In this document: positions 1-15,894 of the stretch, in pieces | Layout: every line of letters starts with the position of its first letter | Numbering within the stretch: the first letter of the stretch is position 1 | DNA from: Eledone cirrhosa | Lineage: Eukaryota | Assembly: GCA_964016885.1 (NCBI GenBank) | Contig: OZ024754.1 | Coordinates: 22,506,001 to 22,570,000, forward strand | Direction of reading: 5' to 3' | Length of the DNA stretch: 64,000 bases | Notes under the pieces: model-generated | Told to the model about the DNA's origin: nothing | The model's database searches: none | The model's input: the letters and a program-made list of their open reading frames with translations, nothing else | Translations under genes and position numbers: made by a program

Positions 1-843
1 GTGGAAGAGACACGGAGTTCTTCTTGGAATCCCCGCCGTGAGGACAAATAAGGAAATTTCAGACTTTCTCAGCGTCAGCAGGAGAATGGTGGAAAAGGTC
101 AGAAAGGAATTGGAAGATTCAGGATTCGACTACGAAGCAACATCAGAGAGGAAAACACATGATCGACGATCTGACGCCTTCAGAACGCCCGAGTTTGTCG
201 CTGAAGTTCAGGATATCATCAACAATGAACTTAGCAAGTCGATGCGTGCCATTGCAAGGGAGAAAGGCGTGGATGAAAAGCTCATTAGGCTGGTGGTACA
301 TGAAGACATTCGCCACGTTTTATACAAGATGAAGAAAGGATAATTTCTGTCAAAGGCGATGCAAAAAAGCGACTGAAGCACGCAAAGAAGCTGATCAACA
401 AGTTGAAACACCCACTGGAGCCAGACATGCTGTCGTTTTTCTACGACGAGAAAAACTTCTTCCAAGACCAGAAGATCAACTCCCAGAACAACAGGTGGCT
501 CGCTGTCTCATCCAAAGACGTGCCCAGAGTCATGCAGACAAAGTTTCCAGCGACAACGATCACCAACAGATCTAGCTGCAATACGAAAGACGATCTGAAG
601 GCCAGGATCACAAGTGCCTTTAGGGGCCTGAGTCTGGGGACAGTGACGAAGACCTGTAGCCGGTTCCGAGGCCGCCTTGAGGCCGTCATCAAAGCCAATG
701 GTGGGTTTATCGAGTGAGATCGAAAGAACAAGTCATGAAGACAAACTAACCCAAGTTTGATAAACATATCTTAAAAGATAAAACTACTGTCTTATTTTTT
801 CCTAGACAGTAATCTTGCGAACAAATATCGTCCGCACCGTGTA
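1..843 (+). mobile_element. Degenerate Tc1/mariner-superfamily DNA transposon (maT/DD37D-like), internally deleted, 5' end outside the window
   Basis: ORFs 38-343 (HTH-like, SMRAIAREKGV) and 403-717 (FFYDEKNF...NSQNNRW...FRGRLEAVIKANGGFIE) resemble Tc1/maT transposase. The middle of the catalytic region is missing. The element ends in a TIR-like ...ccgcaccgtg followed by TA. Confidence 0.75.
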
Positions 844-846
844 TCA

Positions 847-1798
847 TCTATATATATAAAACTGTGGTTGTCTGTCTGTCTATCGATTTTTGGCACACAT
901 CTCCTCTTAGAATCTCTCACGGAATTGCACCGAAATTGCTATACTTGTACATTGAGCCCTAGCGAAGACATCGGAAAAAAAAAATTTCAAATTGACCCAC
1001 CCTATGTGACGAAATCGAATATAATGTATCGATTTTTGAGCGTAAGTTATCAGTTATTTCCCTTTGTTCTGTTTACATTGAGCGTCTTACATAAAAAATT
1101 ACGCTGGCTTTCTCAGCGTTTAAAATGACATTAACACAATACACGAACAGACAGTTGTCGAGCCAGCAAAATATTGACCTGCAAAATTCATCAGTTCGAA
1201 CACTAAGCTTCCGTTTTGCTTCATTTCCATTTAAAAGCATTTTAAAACAATATTTTTACTTGAAAACAAGTCTATTTAAAGACTACGTAAAACAAGCAAA
1301 TATTTCGTCGTTAGGCGTGCAGACAGACAGTCGTGCAGACAGACAGTCGTGCAGAGAGGTGATATACGCGTGCAGACAGACAGTCGTGCAGAGAGGTGAT
1401 ATAGGCGTGCAGACAGACAGTCGTGCAGAGAGGTGATATAGGCGTGTAGACAGATAGTCCTGCAGAGAGGTGATATAGGCGTGCAGACAGACATAACTGA
1501 TAATTTGGTTACGCTAATGTTTTTCTCTGCGTTGCAGTGTTTACATTTTCGATCTTTGTTAATAAATAACCAGTGCAGTTTTTATCCCCAGCATCCTCTT
1601 TTGTTATAACATTGGGGTTATCGTTATGTTTTCTTAACTTCATAAGGCATATTGTTGGTTGAGGGAATATTAATCAAAAACACCACATGCAAGTCTGCAC
1701 AGTAGACACTACAGTTTTTAAGCCAATAAAGAAACTTAACATTGTAACTTTAACACAGCTACTGAGCGACCCCGAGCAACGCCGGGCTTTACTGCTAG
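847..1798 (+). mobile_element. Non-autonomous Helitron-like element 1
   Basis: 5' TC start with a (gtct)n subterminal tract. 3' GC-rich hairpin ccccgagcaacgccggg followed by CTAG at 1795-1798 and then T. Confidence 0.65.
1314..1490 (+). repeat. ~37-bp minisatellite inside the Helitron-like element
   Basis: Repeats of ggcgtgcagacagacagtcgtgcagagaggtgatata with partial units. Confidence 0.9.
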
Positions 1799-1801
1799 TA
1801 A

Positions 1802-2831
1802 TCTATAAAGCTCAGTGTGTGGTCATGCTCCTTTCTTATAGAAATCTACGATATAGAATTTCTTCAATTGAAATTTACAATTCAGTATTCGAAATAGTTT
1901 CGATTGCGTCTTGGCACATCTCATTTTTTCAATTTCACCCACAATTACGCAAAAAATAGATAAAACTCAATATTTTACGATTTTTCTCTGTCATTTAAAC
2001 TGCTAAACTCTTTCCACTACCATTCAAAATCTATACAACTTCATACTTTCTGCTACTTTCTCTTTCCAACAACAAGCGATAAATCTTTTTTAAAACCTCT
2101 TTTCCAAACGCATACAAACACACACTCACTTCAACAACAACAATCTGCCTTTTATAGATAATGATAAACAATAATATCCTCTATGAGGTCACTAAACCTG
2201 CTAGAAACAGCAGCTAACTCTCCTCCATATCACACCACTCCCTACTGTCTTAAATTTAGAAAACACATATCTTCTATGAGGTTATTAAACCTGCTAGAAA
2301 CAGCAGCTAACTCTCCCCCATATCACACCCATCCCTACTGTCTTAAATTTAGAAAACATATCTTCTATGAGGTCACTAAACCTGCTAGAAACAGCAGCTA
2401 ACTCTCCTCCATATCACACCACTCCCTACTGTCTTAAATTTAGAAAACACATATCCTCTATGAGGTCACTAAACCTGCTAGAAACAACAGCTAACTCTCC
2501 CTCATATCACAACCCTCCCTACTGTCTTAAATTTAGAAAACACACAGACAACCATGCAGAACAACTCCATCGCAGCTCTGTTGTTCGGCTGGCATCGTCT
2601 ACGCGCGTGTTGCGCAAGTACTGTGAAACATTAAATTTCAACACTTTTTTGCACAGAGATAATATCCATAGGCGAAACTACAATTGTCACTGCTGGCGCA
2701 GCTCCTGCTTCCAGGTCTGCAATTCATTCACCCAGTGCCTGGCAGACAAAAAAAGTGGTGCCATAAAATGGGTGGTGCAACCTAACTTTGGTAACTTAAT
2801 GACCCCGAGCAACGCCGGGCTTTAATGCTAG
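1802..2831 (+). mobile_element. Non-autonomous Helitron-like element 2, in tandem with element 1
   Basis: TC start at 1802. Same 3' end as element 1: gaccccgagcaacgccgggcttt...gCTAG at 2801-2831. Confidence 0.65.
2176..2545 (+). repeat. ~93-bp tandem repeat, 4 copies
   Basis: Unit ctatgaggtcactaaacctgctagaaacagcagctaactctcc...ttaaatttagaaaacac, with starts near 2176, 2269, 2360 and 2453. Confidence 0.95.
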
Positions 2832-3148
2832 TATATATATATATATATATATATATTGAACCACATTGGCATATGGTTGGACAATACATGTGTCCCTTAG
2901 CGCCTTGTGCGTGTAGGAACACATATTCTATTATTACTATTCTCCTGTATGTTGAGAAAAAACTTGGTCGTTCTGACTGCTGCTAGTTATAGCGGTAGCC
3001 GGCTGGCCTCCCTGCCTCTGCCTCTATCTTTGCACTCGGCCCTTGAAAAAATTGATTCCACTTCATTTACTCTCATCTCGGGAACAGTTTTGGATAGCGC
3101 TAGTTCGTAATTTAAATTCAAGAATTTTATATTCTTTGAATGAAAAGA

Positions 3149-3232
3149 ACCTTCTGACGAGAATCTTTCTTTGCAACGAAGGCCGTATGGACTCCGTTTA
3201 TTTTTGAGATTCGAAACCGATTCGGTAAAGGT
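3149..3232 (+). ncRNA. Type I hammerhead ribozyme
   Basis: acctt-CTGACGA-gaatct...agattc-GAAAC-cgattcg-GTA-aaggt. Stems I, II and III all pair and the core is canonical. Confidence 0.8.
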
Positions 3233-3299
3233 AACTATAGTAAGTAAAGTTAATTTTTTAAAATTTATTTTGAAACTTTTTCCTTATTTGCTAAACCTT

Positions 3300-5346
<2,047 letters not shown>

Positions 5347-5572
5347 GGGGTAACAAATTATTGTTATAGGTAGTCCACTTAAGTGTAGTCCAGTTATGGT
5401 ACTCCGGGTAGTGGATGATATCAACGCTTGGATAATTTTGACTCAACAAGGCGTTTCCATAGTGATGTTGCGAGTACGCTGTAATTCCTATGTTGTAAAC
5501 ACTTGGAGTAATGATAAATCAGGAAAGAAGAGTGACACGGTTTGCTATACAAAAAAGGTTTTTAATCTCATT

Positions 5573-5678
5573 GCTGACAGTTGTTTCTCTGAACTGGTAG
5601 GTCTAGAGATCGCTACCCGCTTGTTTTCACGTTATTCGATCACCAATACAAAGTTATAACCAGTCAATTCATCGGAGC
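5573..5678 (-). ncRNA. Type I hammerhead-like motif with CCGAUGA (U4C) core
   Basis: Minus strand: gct-CCGATGA-attgactgg...ccagttcaga-GAAAC-AACT-GTC-agc. Confidence 0.5.
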
Positions 5679-6755
5679 TTGTGAGAATGAAAATAATATA
5701 CAGGCATGGCTACTAAATATAGTAGTAATGGCATTCAATCAGAACAATAACAACAATACTAACAATGCTAGCAATAAATTATTTGAAATAATCACAACAT
5801 CAATCTAGGTGGGAGGTATAGTATATCTACGATTTTAGCGTGTAAAACTAGCTGACATGAGGCAGATGTATAAAATTGACATGTTAAAGCTGTCATGGGG
5901 TGTATTATATACAGTGTAAAGACAAGCCGGTGGCTTTAGACAATGTAGGTCTGGTGGCCCTAAGAATAATTTATTATCTGACAGATGAAGAATTTATCAC
6001 TGTAGTGAGGATAGTAATATTTGTGTGGTCTATATTAAATGAAAGGGTTGTCTAGCTTTCTCATCATCAATAACATACATGTATAAGACAACATTAACAG
6101 AGTAGCAATATAATGGGCAAGTTAATACAGAGGTTAAGGAGGCAATATATATATATACATACATACACACAAACATATATATATACATACACATATATAC
6201 ATACATATAAAGAGAAAACATGCTGACTATAATTATAACAGGAGGAAGGTAAAGTTCTGCTGTAGTAGTATTTTGAAATGTTCTTTAATTTAGGTTCATG
6301 TGCTGACAGCAGCTGAGAAGAGATACATTTATGGGTTGATAAGGTACTTACAGATATTAGTGTGGTATAGAACTAAGAAGGCTAGAATGTACTTAATATT
6401 TCTGTGGTGGTTCGTGCAGTGTAGTGGGTATCCTAAGTTGAAAGCTAAGTTACGTCGGTTCGATTCACGGAGGTTTAAATCTTGTGAATTTAGTGGCGAT
6501 CCTGTGTCTGCAGAAGATAGATCTTTCTAACTTGTTGTTAAGTAGCCTTTTTACATTTCTAAGGATACTCAGTAATTCTAGATCACAGAGCCTACTGTGG
6601 GACATACCGGTACTGTAGGTCTTTGCGGCCGACAACCTCGACCAGTTGATACTGTAGTTGGTGTTGTTGTCCTTAAGTTCTCAGATTTTTTTGGCGAGGG
6701 TTGTAGAACCCATAAGTACACGATTTTTCATCGAGTGTCTGTGCACACACACACA

Positions 6756-6849
<94 letters not shown>

Positions 6850-6942
6850 TGAGAGGTATAGAGATTGTTTTGCAAGAAGCTAACGGCATTCTATAACATA
6901 TATGCGACTATAACGTCAAGATGGGAAAAGTAGTAACGAAAG

Positions 6943-7002
<60 letters not shown>

Positions 7003-7007
<5 letters not shown>

Positions 7008-7534
7008 TAAAATAACAGATTAAAGTTTAAGCAAAGAATCGCTGCTTTCACCCTTAACGGGATCTTCTGAAACTAACAAAGTCAATCTGTAAACGCAGAA
7101 GTGGATATTTCAAAAAACGTTGCAACCAGAGGAAGACAGGAAGACGATACTTTGGTTCGTGGAAACGTTCGCTGGCACAGAACGGGAAAAAACGAATATA
7201 ATACGCCATTAATAGGAGCGGTGAAAAACAATTACGCGCAAAGACAGAACCACGTTTATGGTATAAAAGAAGTCGTAGACTAATGTTCTCTAAGTGGTGC
7301 ATAGAGACGTTCTCTGGCAATGAACGAAAAAAACGAAGATAATACGTCATATGTGGAGCGTGGAGAACAATAGCACGCAAAGACAAAATCTCGTTAAGGG
7401 TGAAAGCAGCGATTCTTTGCTTAAACTTTAATCTGTTATTTTAATAAATATTTGCTCTACGGTTCTTATATATTTGATATATATTTATCCTTATCGAGCC
7501 CTCTTTGGATTTTAGTCTTCAAATTTATTATTAT

Positions 7535-7538
<4 letters not shown>
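7003..7538. mobile_element. Family-A PLE pLTR fold-back insertion in (TA)n
   Basis: 7003-7390 is the family-A terminus. 7392-7538 is its inverted copy plus a ~90-nt tail (tttgctctacgg...attattacta). Confidence 0.85.
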
Positions 7539-7597
<59 letters not shown>

Positions 7598-7829
7598 TGC
7601 CTGGGTAGGTAAAATAATATCTGCTTTGATGAAAAGGTGTTGCTCTTAGCGACTGCTTCTCGATGACTCATCTATGGCCACACACAGGCCATGCGGGGTA
7701 GGGTGGTGATGACCTCTATCACTGAGAAACGCGGGTGACTGACGAAGGGGCATGCTGGATGAGGGAGGTAACGACTACTAACACTAAGCCAAATTTCCTC
7801 ACGCTACTTGATTGGAAACCGATGAATTC

Positions 7830-8600
7830 TCAAATACACAACTAAAAACTCAGACGACGTTACTGGCCATCGTTTTGCCTTTGACCATCTATAAGATGTA
7901 CAATGATAGGTTCTATCGTAGTATAAAAGTTGAACCAAATAAATTGATTTACGTGTGAGGTGGAGACGAAGTTTCGAATTTGAACGAAATCGGTTGAAAA
8001 ATGTGGGAGCTAGAGCCCAAAAGGCAGAAATTTGAGCAAAAAGGTGGTATTTTCGAATATTTAAGCGGCTGCAACACCGTTCCTGAAGAAAAAATCCAAA
8101 ATGTAAAGCTACTTTAAGACGTGAAATAATCAGATCTAGCGTAGTGTAAAATTTGAAGAGAGTAAGTTGATTAATGTGGGAGCTAGAGCCGAAAAAGTGG
8201 AAATTTGATTCTAAAAGTGGTATTTTTGAATATTTAAGCGGCTGCCACACCGTCGCTGAACAACAAATGCAAAATATAAAGCCATTACAGGATGTGCAAT
8301 GATATATTCTATTTTGCTTTAAAATTTGAACGAAATCGGTGGCAAAATGTGGTAGCTAGAGCCAAAAATCTTATTTTTCGATACCCCCCCCCCCCCCCCC
8401 CCCCCAAAAAAAAAGGTGACCCCTATCGATTTTTATCTGCAGAATGAGCCCGTAATAAAAAAAACGATACGCTGATATATAGAAAACACTCCCCGATGAC
8501 TAATCTATGAGCCTGTAAAGTTTCATGAAAATCGGTCGTAAGATGTAGGCCCCTATAGGTAATACACAGACACACAGACACACACATAGTTAATTTTATA
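7830..8600 (-). mobile_element. Probable Helitron-type non-autonomous element, 5' portion
   Basis: Minus strand begins tgtgtgtctgtgtgtctg...ccgattttcatgaaacttt, like the 5' region of the element at 847. Contains internal diverged repeats (tgtgggagctagagcc). No 3' end was found. Confidence 0.4.
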
Positions 8601-8613
8601 TATATACAGATAC

Positions 8614-8687
<74 letters not shown>

Positions 8688-8695
<8 letters not shown>

Positions 8696-9535
8696 ATACT
8701 TTGGGAGGGTCATGTTGCCAATAAGAAACACACGCACCAATTGCTTTCACTCTAATTTATTATAAATTAAATTATAAATTTAAAAAATTTATAAATTTCC
8801 GGTTGGTTGGTTGGTTCCACAACCGGATGGTTGTTCATATATTGTCAAACCCATGACTTCCAAATACTGATCCACCGAAACTCAGCTGTTTCGGATTACA
8901 CCAAAATCAACATACTGATTGCGGGTGATGAGAAACGTGTCCCGCACGTGCAACCCCAAAGAACTAGAGAGACACATACAACATTTCATCCACCGTATGC
9001 AGTTCTCTGGTTACAATCAGAGAGATAAAATCAGAGTATATAGAGGAGCCAGAACCAAATGGGAAAAAATGGTAAATAATTATACAAATGGGACCTGCCC
9101 CTTGTATAGGAGCAAATTTGGAATAGAATAGAAAGAACTAGGAATAAGGTTAATAGAATAAACTCATGGTATGATAGCAATAAATACCAGAGTGTAATGT
9201 TCATCAATACAACCCATAGAGGTGAACTAGTTTACAAATTTAGAAGGGCCCTAGATAAACTTAAACTAAATATTAAGATAGTGGAAAGACCAGGTACCTC
9301 CATAAAAACACTTATTAGTAATACATACCCTTTTCAAAGACCTCCCTGTATAGATAAGAAATGCATAATCTGTAAACTAAGCCCCCATATTAACTGCAAA
9401 ACTAGAAACATTGTATATAGCATAAGATGTACTGAGGGACAATGTAAAGATAAGAATATAATGTACATAGGTGAGACAGCTCGTAGCATAGGAGAACAAT
9501 TAAATGAACACTGGCGAGAGCCTCAAGATAGAAAA
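8688..9535 (+). pseudogene. Penelope-type PLE fragment (RT C-terminus plus GIY-YIG start) preceded by an inverted family-B pLTR
   Basis: Frameshifted ORFs 8919-9131 (RMQFSGY) and 9197-9535 (CKTRNIVYSIRC...YIGETARSIGE). 8688-8850 matches the family-B terminus at 42665, 45845-45963 and 63120. Confidence 0.85.
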
Positions 9536-9751
9536 GGTTTGACTTTGTTGATGGTAATCGCGAAGCTTAGTCTCTCTGTTGCTCTAGTAGCATTTTCTCT
9601 TCTGGAAAATCTGATCTTGCGGCCAGGCTAGGACTTTTTGGGTGGCATATCGGCAGTAACAACGACGATAAGCCGCTTGTGCTTTCGTGAAATAAATACG
9701 TTTGTTTATATTTTGTTTTTGTGCATGCAAAAATATATGTACACGAATGTA

Positions 9752-10282
<531 letters not shown>

Positions 10283-10592
10283 TAACAGATTAAAGTTTAA
10301 GCAAAGAATCGCTGCTTTCACCCTTAACGAGATCTTCTGAAACTTAAAAAAATCAATCTGTGAACGAAAGAAAATAGGTTCGTGAAGACGTTAGGAATGT
10401 CGTATAACCGGAAGTGTTGACATTTGAAAATTTTCGACGGGTATTTCTGGACTTGCGTCCAGAAATAGCCGTCGAAACGGCTTGAGCTCTGCCGTCGGGG
10501 TCATACTTGTTCCTATTACCCACTCTATTATACTAAATATTGAGTACTCTGGTGCGTTATGGTCCATCTGGTTCTTTACCACAATTCCTTCG

Positions 10593-10666
<74 letters not shown>

Positions 10667-10727
10667 TAGATATATATATAGTATATATATAGTATAGATA
10701 TATATATAGTATATATCTATAGTATAG

Positions 10728-10804
<77 letters not shown>

Positions 10805-11057
10805 AATGAAAGGTATAGAAAACATTGTAGCGAAAAGCCAACAGTATTCCATAATATATAAGTGACTATAGCGTCAAAATGGGAAAAATAGTTAACGTAA
10901 GATGTGGGAAAAATAATTCAAACTCATCTCAAAGAGAATCAGGATATAGATTCATCCACAGAATTTAGTGAAATCCAGGGAAAAATCAATAGAGCCTAAA
11001 TTCATGATAAAATAAAGTTTAAAGTACTCATCCTTCAATTTGAAAAAACTTCAAATG

Positions 11058-11127
11058 CTCTGTATAGTCTTAAAGACTATTTCACGAAAACTTTCAGTGG
11101 AGATGGTCACGGTTGGAATTCGATCCT

Positions 11128-11129
<2 letters not shown>
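11058..11129 (-). ncRNA. 5'-truncated type I hammerhead
   Basis: Minus strand: (TA)n-TGAGGA-tcgaa...ttcgt-GAAAT-agtc-tttaa-gact-ATA-cagag. C3 and the 5' strand of stem I are replaced by microsatellite. Confidence 0.5.
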
Positions 11130-11221
<92 letters not shown>

Positions 11222-12312
11222 CATATATATATATATATACGATATTAATGTTTTTATTCTGATAGCTTCTCATAATTTTCAAAAGTTTATCCTTTCAATA
11301 TCTATATAGATATATATATTTGATATTTGTAGAATTCGTTTGCCTTTTAAGTTATATTGATATAATTATATTTCCAAAATATAATCCTTTTGTATTTTAT
11401 ATACTCAATTGTACTATGTAATATATTTATGTATACTTATCTCTATACGATTATGTATTTATATATGTGTATTAACATACATATACATGTGTTATATGCT
11501 TTTTTATGAGTATATGTCTGTCTGTATATATGCATGAGTGACGCGTGTCTACCAATTGGGTGAAGATGCACACACATATTTATATATCTATAGCTAGGAA
11601 TTGTGGGTGTGCATGCTTACCCATGCAGTTTTGATTGCAGATATGCATAATTTGACAGCCATAAATGCATGAAAGTTAATCCTATATACTAAAATATTTT
11701 ATTTAATAACACAAGGAATGTATAGTAGTAATAAAAAAAATCACCTATGCTTTGTATGTATATGTTATATGCGGGAGTAGATATAATGTGTATTTTCCGA
11801 GTGTGTGTGTATATATATATTTATGTATCTTTGCCTATGTGTACGTAATATACGATAGGTAATTTCTCTAGCAATATATATATTTTGTAATGTTTAAATT
11901 CCAATTTTTAATATATTGATCTCAATTTTTAAACTAAATATCTAATCATAATTAAACAATGATTAATTTCTCATATTATATATGTATATTCCATTCATGA
12001 ATATTAATATTTCTAATTTTATTTATTCATTTCATCTCAAATGTTAACTCAACTTAATATGACATGACTTAAGGTTTTCGTTCTGTCCCCCTCTCTCTAT
12101 CTCTATATTTCTCTCTCTTGAGTTTTTTCTCTCTGTCTGGTGGTTTGATATCTCTCTGTTGTTTTCCTCTGTTTTCTTTTTTTCTTTTTTCTTTTCTTTC
12201 TTCTTTTTTCCATTTGTTAATATCGTATTGCTACTCCAAATACTTGTCGAGTGCTTTATATCAGTTATAAAAATATTTGCTTGTTGTATCCCAACAATTT
12301 AAATAGAACTTT

Positions 12313-12371
<59 letters not shown>

Positions 12372-12542
12372 ATAAATTAACGGAGGCATACGCTCCCGTT
12401 ATTCCCTGTAAATAATGTGCTCAAAGGAGAAGAGATCCTGAGCTCTTTAAAATACAATATGTTGAAAAGGTAACACACCAGAGAGAGATATACACTGATA
12501 ACGCACTGTATATCTCTCTCTTGTGTGTTACCTTTTCAACAT

Positions 12543-12636
<94 letters not shown>

Positions 12637-12646
12637 AATATATTAT

Positions 12647-12936
12647 TATAAATGTAAGCTATCGCCGTATTTTGACTAAAGAAATTAAAGAAATTATTTA
12701 CCCTGATAGTGGGGTTAAGAACACTCGGAGAAATGGAAAAAGATGAGTATTGAGTATGTACGTATAATACTCTTCTTTTTTCATTTCTCCGAGGGTTCTT
12801 AATCCCACTATCAGGCTAAATAATTTCTTTAATTTCTTTAGTCAAAATACGGCGATAGCTTACATTTATAATAATTTCAAACCCACTCGCTGTTTCGAAA
12901 ATATTCTTACTTTATATAAATATATAAAAACCTCAC

Positions 12937-12945
<9 letters not shown>
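12647..12945. mobile_element. Fold-back pLTR-like insertion in (TA)n
   Basis: Inverted repeat of ~105 bp (12647-12751 / 12766-12870) plus a ~75-nt right-hand extension. Confidence 0.7.
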
Positions 12946-12989
<44 letters not shown>

Positions 12990-13031
12990 CATATATATAT
13001 GTATATATATATGTATATCTTTATATAAATG

Positions 13032-13146
<115 letters not shown>

Positions 13147-13368
13147 GTGATGTTTTTTTTACAAATTGAAAAATAACCGAGGTGTCCTGCACGAGTGAAA
13201 GTATAAAGAAAAAAAGATGAAATCGAAAATGCAACTGGAGTCTTATTTAAAAAAAATATATATATATTTATTTGGTTCCTTTACCGGTTTCGCAGTTCTT
13301 CTGCTTTTCAAAAAGTGAGTTGAGATGGAGGGTCTGTGGTTTTTCTCACATCATATATATATATATAT

Positions 13369-13419
<51 letters not shown>

Positions 13420-13477
13420 ATTATGAAGAGAGAAGAAACATTAGATATAATTAGTAATAAGATGTGTCATACCTAAA

Positions 13478-13798
13478 CTGAACATTAATCAGTATACACT
13501 GAGGATGAAAAACTCAGAGCTGTATGGGAGCATCCCAAAAGTCAGCTCAAAAGTGACACAGAGGAGACTGAGGTTGGCTGGACATGCTCACCGACATCCA
13601 GAGTTGACATTGCACTCAGTGCTCCTTTGGGAGCCCCTACATGGACACACTAGAAGAGGAAGACCAAGGTTAACATATGTTGATGCCCTAAGGACAGACA
13701 CTGGTCTGTTGGAGATGCAGGATATGGCAGCGATAATGAGGGACAGAGACCGCTGGAGAGAACTCGTCCATGGATCTCGGGAATTTTACCCGCCTTAG
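13478..13798 (+). mobile_element. RTE-clade LINE 3' fragment
   Basis: RRLRLAGHAHRH...WEPLHG...GRPRLTYVD...RDRWR. Same family as 17918-21172. Confidence 0.9.
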
Positions 13799-13827
13799 AT
13801 AGATAGATACCTAAACTGCTTCTAAGT

Positions 13828-13917
13828 TCCTCGACTACGTAGTTTCGTGGCATAAGCAAAAACAATACATCACAGAGATATAGAATTTTTGTGAGGTCTG
13901 CCGATTTATCAAGAGGA
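13828..13917 (-). ncRNA. Type I hammerhead with U3-A8 variant core
   Basis: Minus strand: tcctc-TTGATAA-atcggca...tgccac-GAAAC-TACGTA-GTC-gagga. Perfect stem I and palindromic loop III. Confidence 0.55.
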
Positions 13918-14169
13918 TACCTCATTAAGGGTTTCAAAACACGTCTGTAAGATGCGAGATAGAATCCCGAAAGGTGGAGGGGGAGTCAATCACGTGATAC
14001 AGCGGTCAAGAAACAGAGCTAAGCCGCTTATAACCCTGAAAAATACCACGGAGGCGGAGGGGGTATTTATATCCAGGCCGTTAACTCAAGGATAGATGTG
14101 GATATATTCATGTATATGTATGTGTCCGCATGTATCTGTGTGTTTCTCTATATATTGTATATATATATA

Positions 14170-14796
14170 TTTATTAAAATAACAGATTAAAGTTTAAGCA
14201 AAGAATCGCTGCTTTCACCCTTAACGGGATCTTCTGAAACTAACAAAGTCAATCTGTGAACGCAGAAGTGAATATTTCAAAAAACGTTGCAACCGGAGGA
14301 AGACAGGAAGACGATACTTTGGTTCGTGGAAACGTTCCCTGGCAAAGAACGGGGAAAAACGAATAATACGTCATTAATAGGAGCGGTGAAAAACAATTTC
14401 GCGCAAGGACAGAACCACGTTTATGGTATAAAAGAGGTCGTAGACTAATATTCTCTTAGGTGGTTCATAGAGACGTTCTCTGGCAATGAACGGAAAAAAC
14501 GAAGATAATACGTCATATGTGGAGCGTGGAGAACAATTGCACGCAAAGACAAAACCACGTAAATGGTATAACTGAAGTCGTAGACTAAAATTCTAACTAG
14601 GAAACCGAATGATTATCCGCTTCAGAGTTAAGAATAAAGAAAAGAAAATACAGAGGTAATTGAAATTAAATAAATACATACACGCATCCATATACGTACA
14701 TACACATACATATTTGCTCTACGGTTCTTATATATTTGATATATATTTATCCTTATCGAGCCCTCTTTGGATTTTAGTCTTCAAATTTATTATTAT

Positions 14797-14800
<4 letters not shown>
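14170..14800. mobile_element. Family-A pLTR with inverted tail
   Basis: 14170-14710 is family A, containing two ~146-bp internal repeats. The ~90-nt tail follows in opposite orientation. Flanked by (TA)n. Confidence 0.85.
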
Positions 14801-14833
<33 letters not shown>

Positions 14834-14871
14834 TGTATATATATATGTATATATATATATGTATGTATTTA

Positions 14872-15044
14872 TTTGGGAGCCCCTACATGGACACACTAGA
14901 AGAGGAAGACCAAGGTTAACGTATGTTGATGCCCTAAGGACAGACACTGGTCTGTTGGAGATGCAGGACATGGCAGCGATAATGAGGGACAGAGACCGCT
15001 GGAGAGAACTCGTCCATGGATCTCGGGAATTTTACCCGCCTTAG
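14872..15044 (+). mobile_element. RTE LINE extreme 3' fragment
   Basis: Nearly identical to 13626-13798. Confidence 0.9.
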
Positions 15045-15250
15045 ATATATATATATATATATATTTAATACAATAACAGAGATAGTTTAAAACTAAACTC
15101 TGACTGGTAACCATCTCACTCAACAAACATTAGGTTATATTTAAATATAAACCCAATTTTAATGTTTGGGGTGCTAACAATATGTATAATGTGGAAAACC
15201 AGTTGTATTATTTTATGAGATATAATTAAAGTTAAAGTATATATATCTCT

Positions 15251-15375
15251 TTCCAAACAATTGTTTCATTATAAGTTTTCTACAAGTTGGGAGAATGTTT
15301 CCAGTTTATGTAGAAGCCTAATATATATTCATGTAAGAATATATTTAGGTGGGCACTTATAAATCATCAGTGGAA
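15251..15375 (-). ncRNA. Type I hammerhead with long stem II
   Basis: Minus strand: ttcca-CTGATGA-tttataagt...acttataat-GAAAC-AATT-GTT-tggaa. Confidence 0.7.
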
Positions 15376-15619
15376 GCCCGTTAAACTTTGATATAAGAAA
15401 ATAATTTCTTACCGCTGTCAAAAATCGTGTCCGTAAAGTTACTCTCTCTCGCCTCGAATGACCGCCAAATTTGAAATTCCAGCAGTTTTTGGCTGAGGAA
15501 GTATCATAGCAACACGAAGCGGGAAGGGGAGACAACCCACGATCCACGAAATGAGGAAAAAAATAATATACACGCGGGTTAATTAGTTTTTTTGAAAACA
15601 TTATCAATCCAACGTGTTT

Positions 15620-15739
15620 AGAATTGGCAGTATCGGTAGAGGGTCTGACATGCTTTCCAACATAGTTATGTCCCTTTACGATCTGAATTCAAATCTTGCC
15701 GAGGTTAAATTTGCCTTTCATCCTTACGGGGTCGATAAA

Positions 15740-15742
<3 letters not shown>
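15620..15742 (+). mobile_element. Truncated tRNA-derived SINE, type 1
   Basis: Matches 22785-22972: tggcagtatcggtagag...ttgcctttcatccttacggggtcgataaaa. Confidence 0.8.
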
Positions 15743-15836
<94 letters not shown>

Positions 15837-15853
15837 TACATATATAAATACAT

Positions 15854-15891
<38 letters not shown>

Positions 15892-15894
<3 letters not shown>

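Noticed and set aside
2183-2825. Repetitive protein ORFs (MRSLNLLETAANSPP...)
   Set aside because: A by-product of a 93-bp tandem repeat inside a Helitron-like element, with a frameshift between units.
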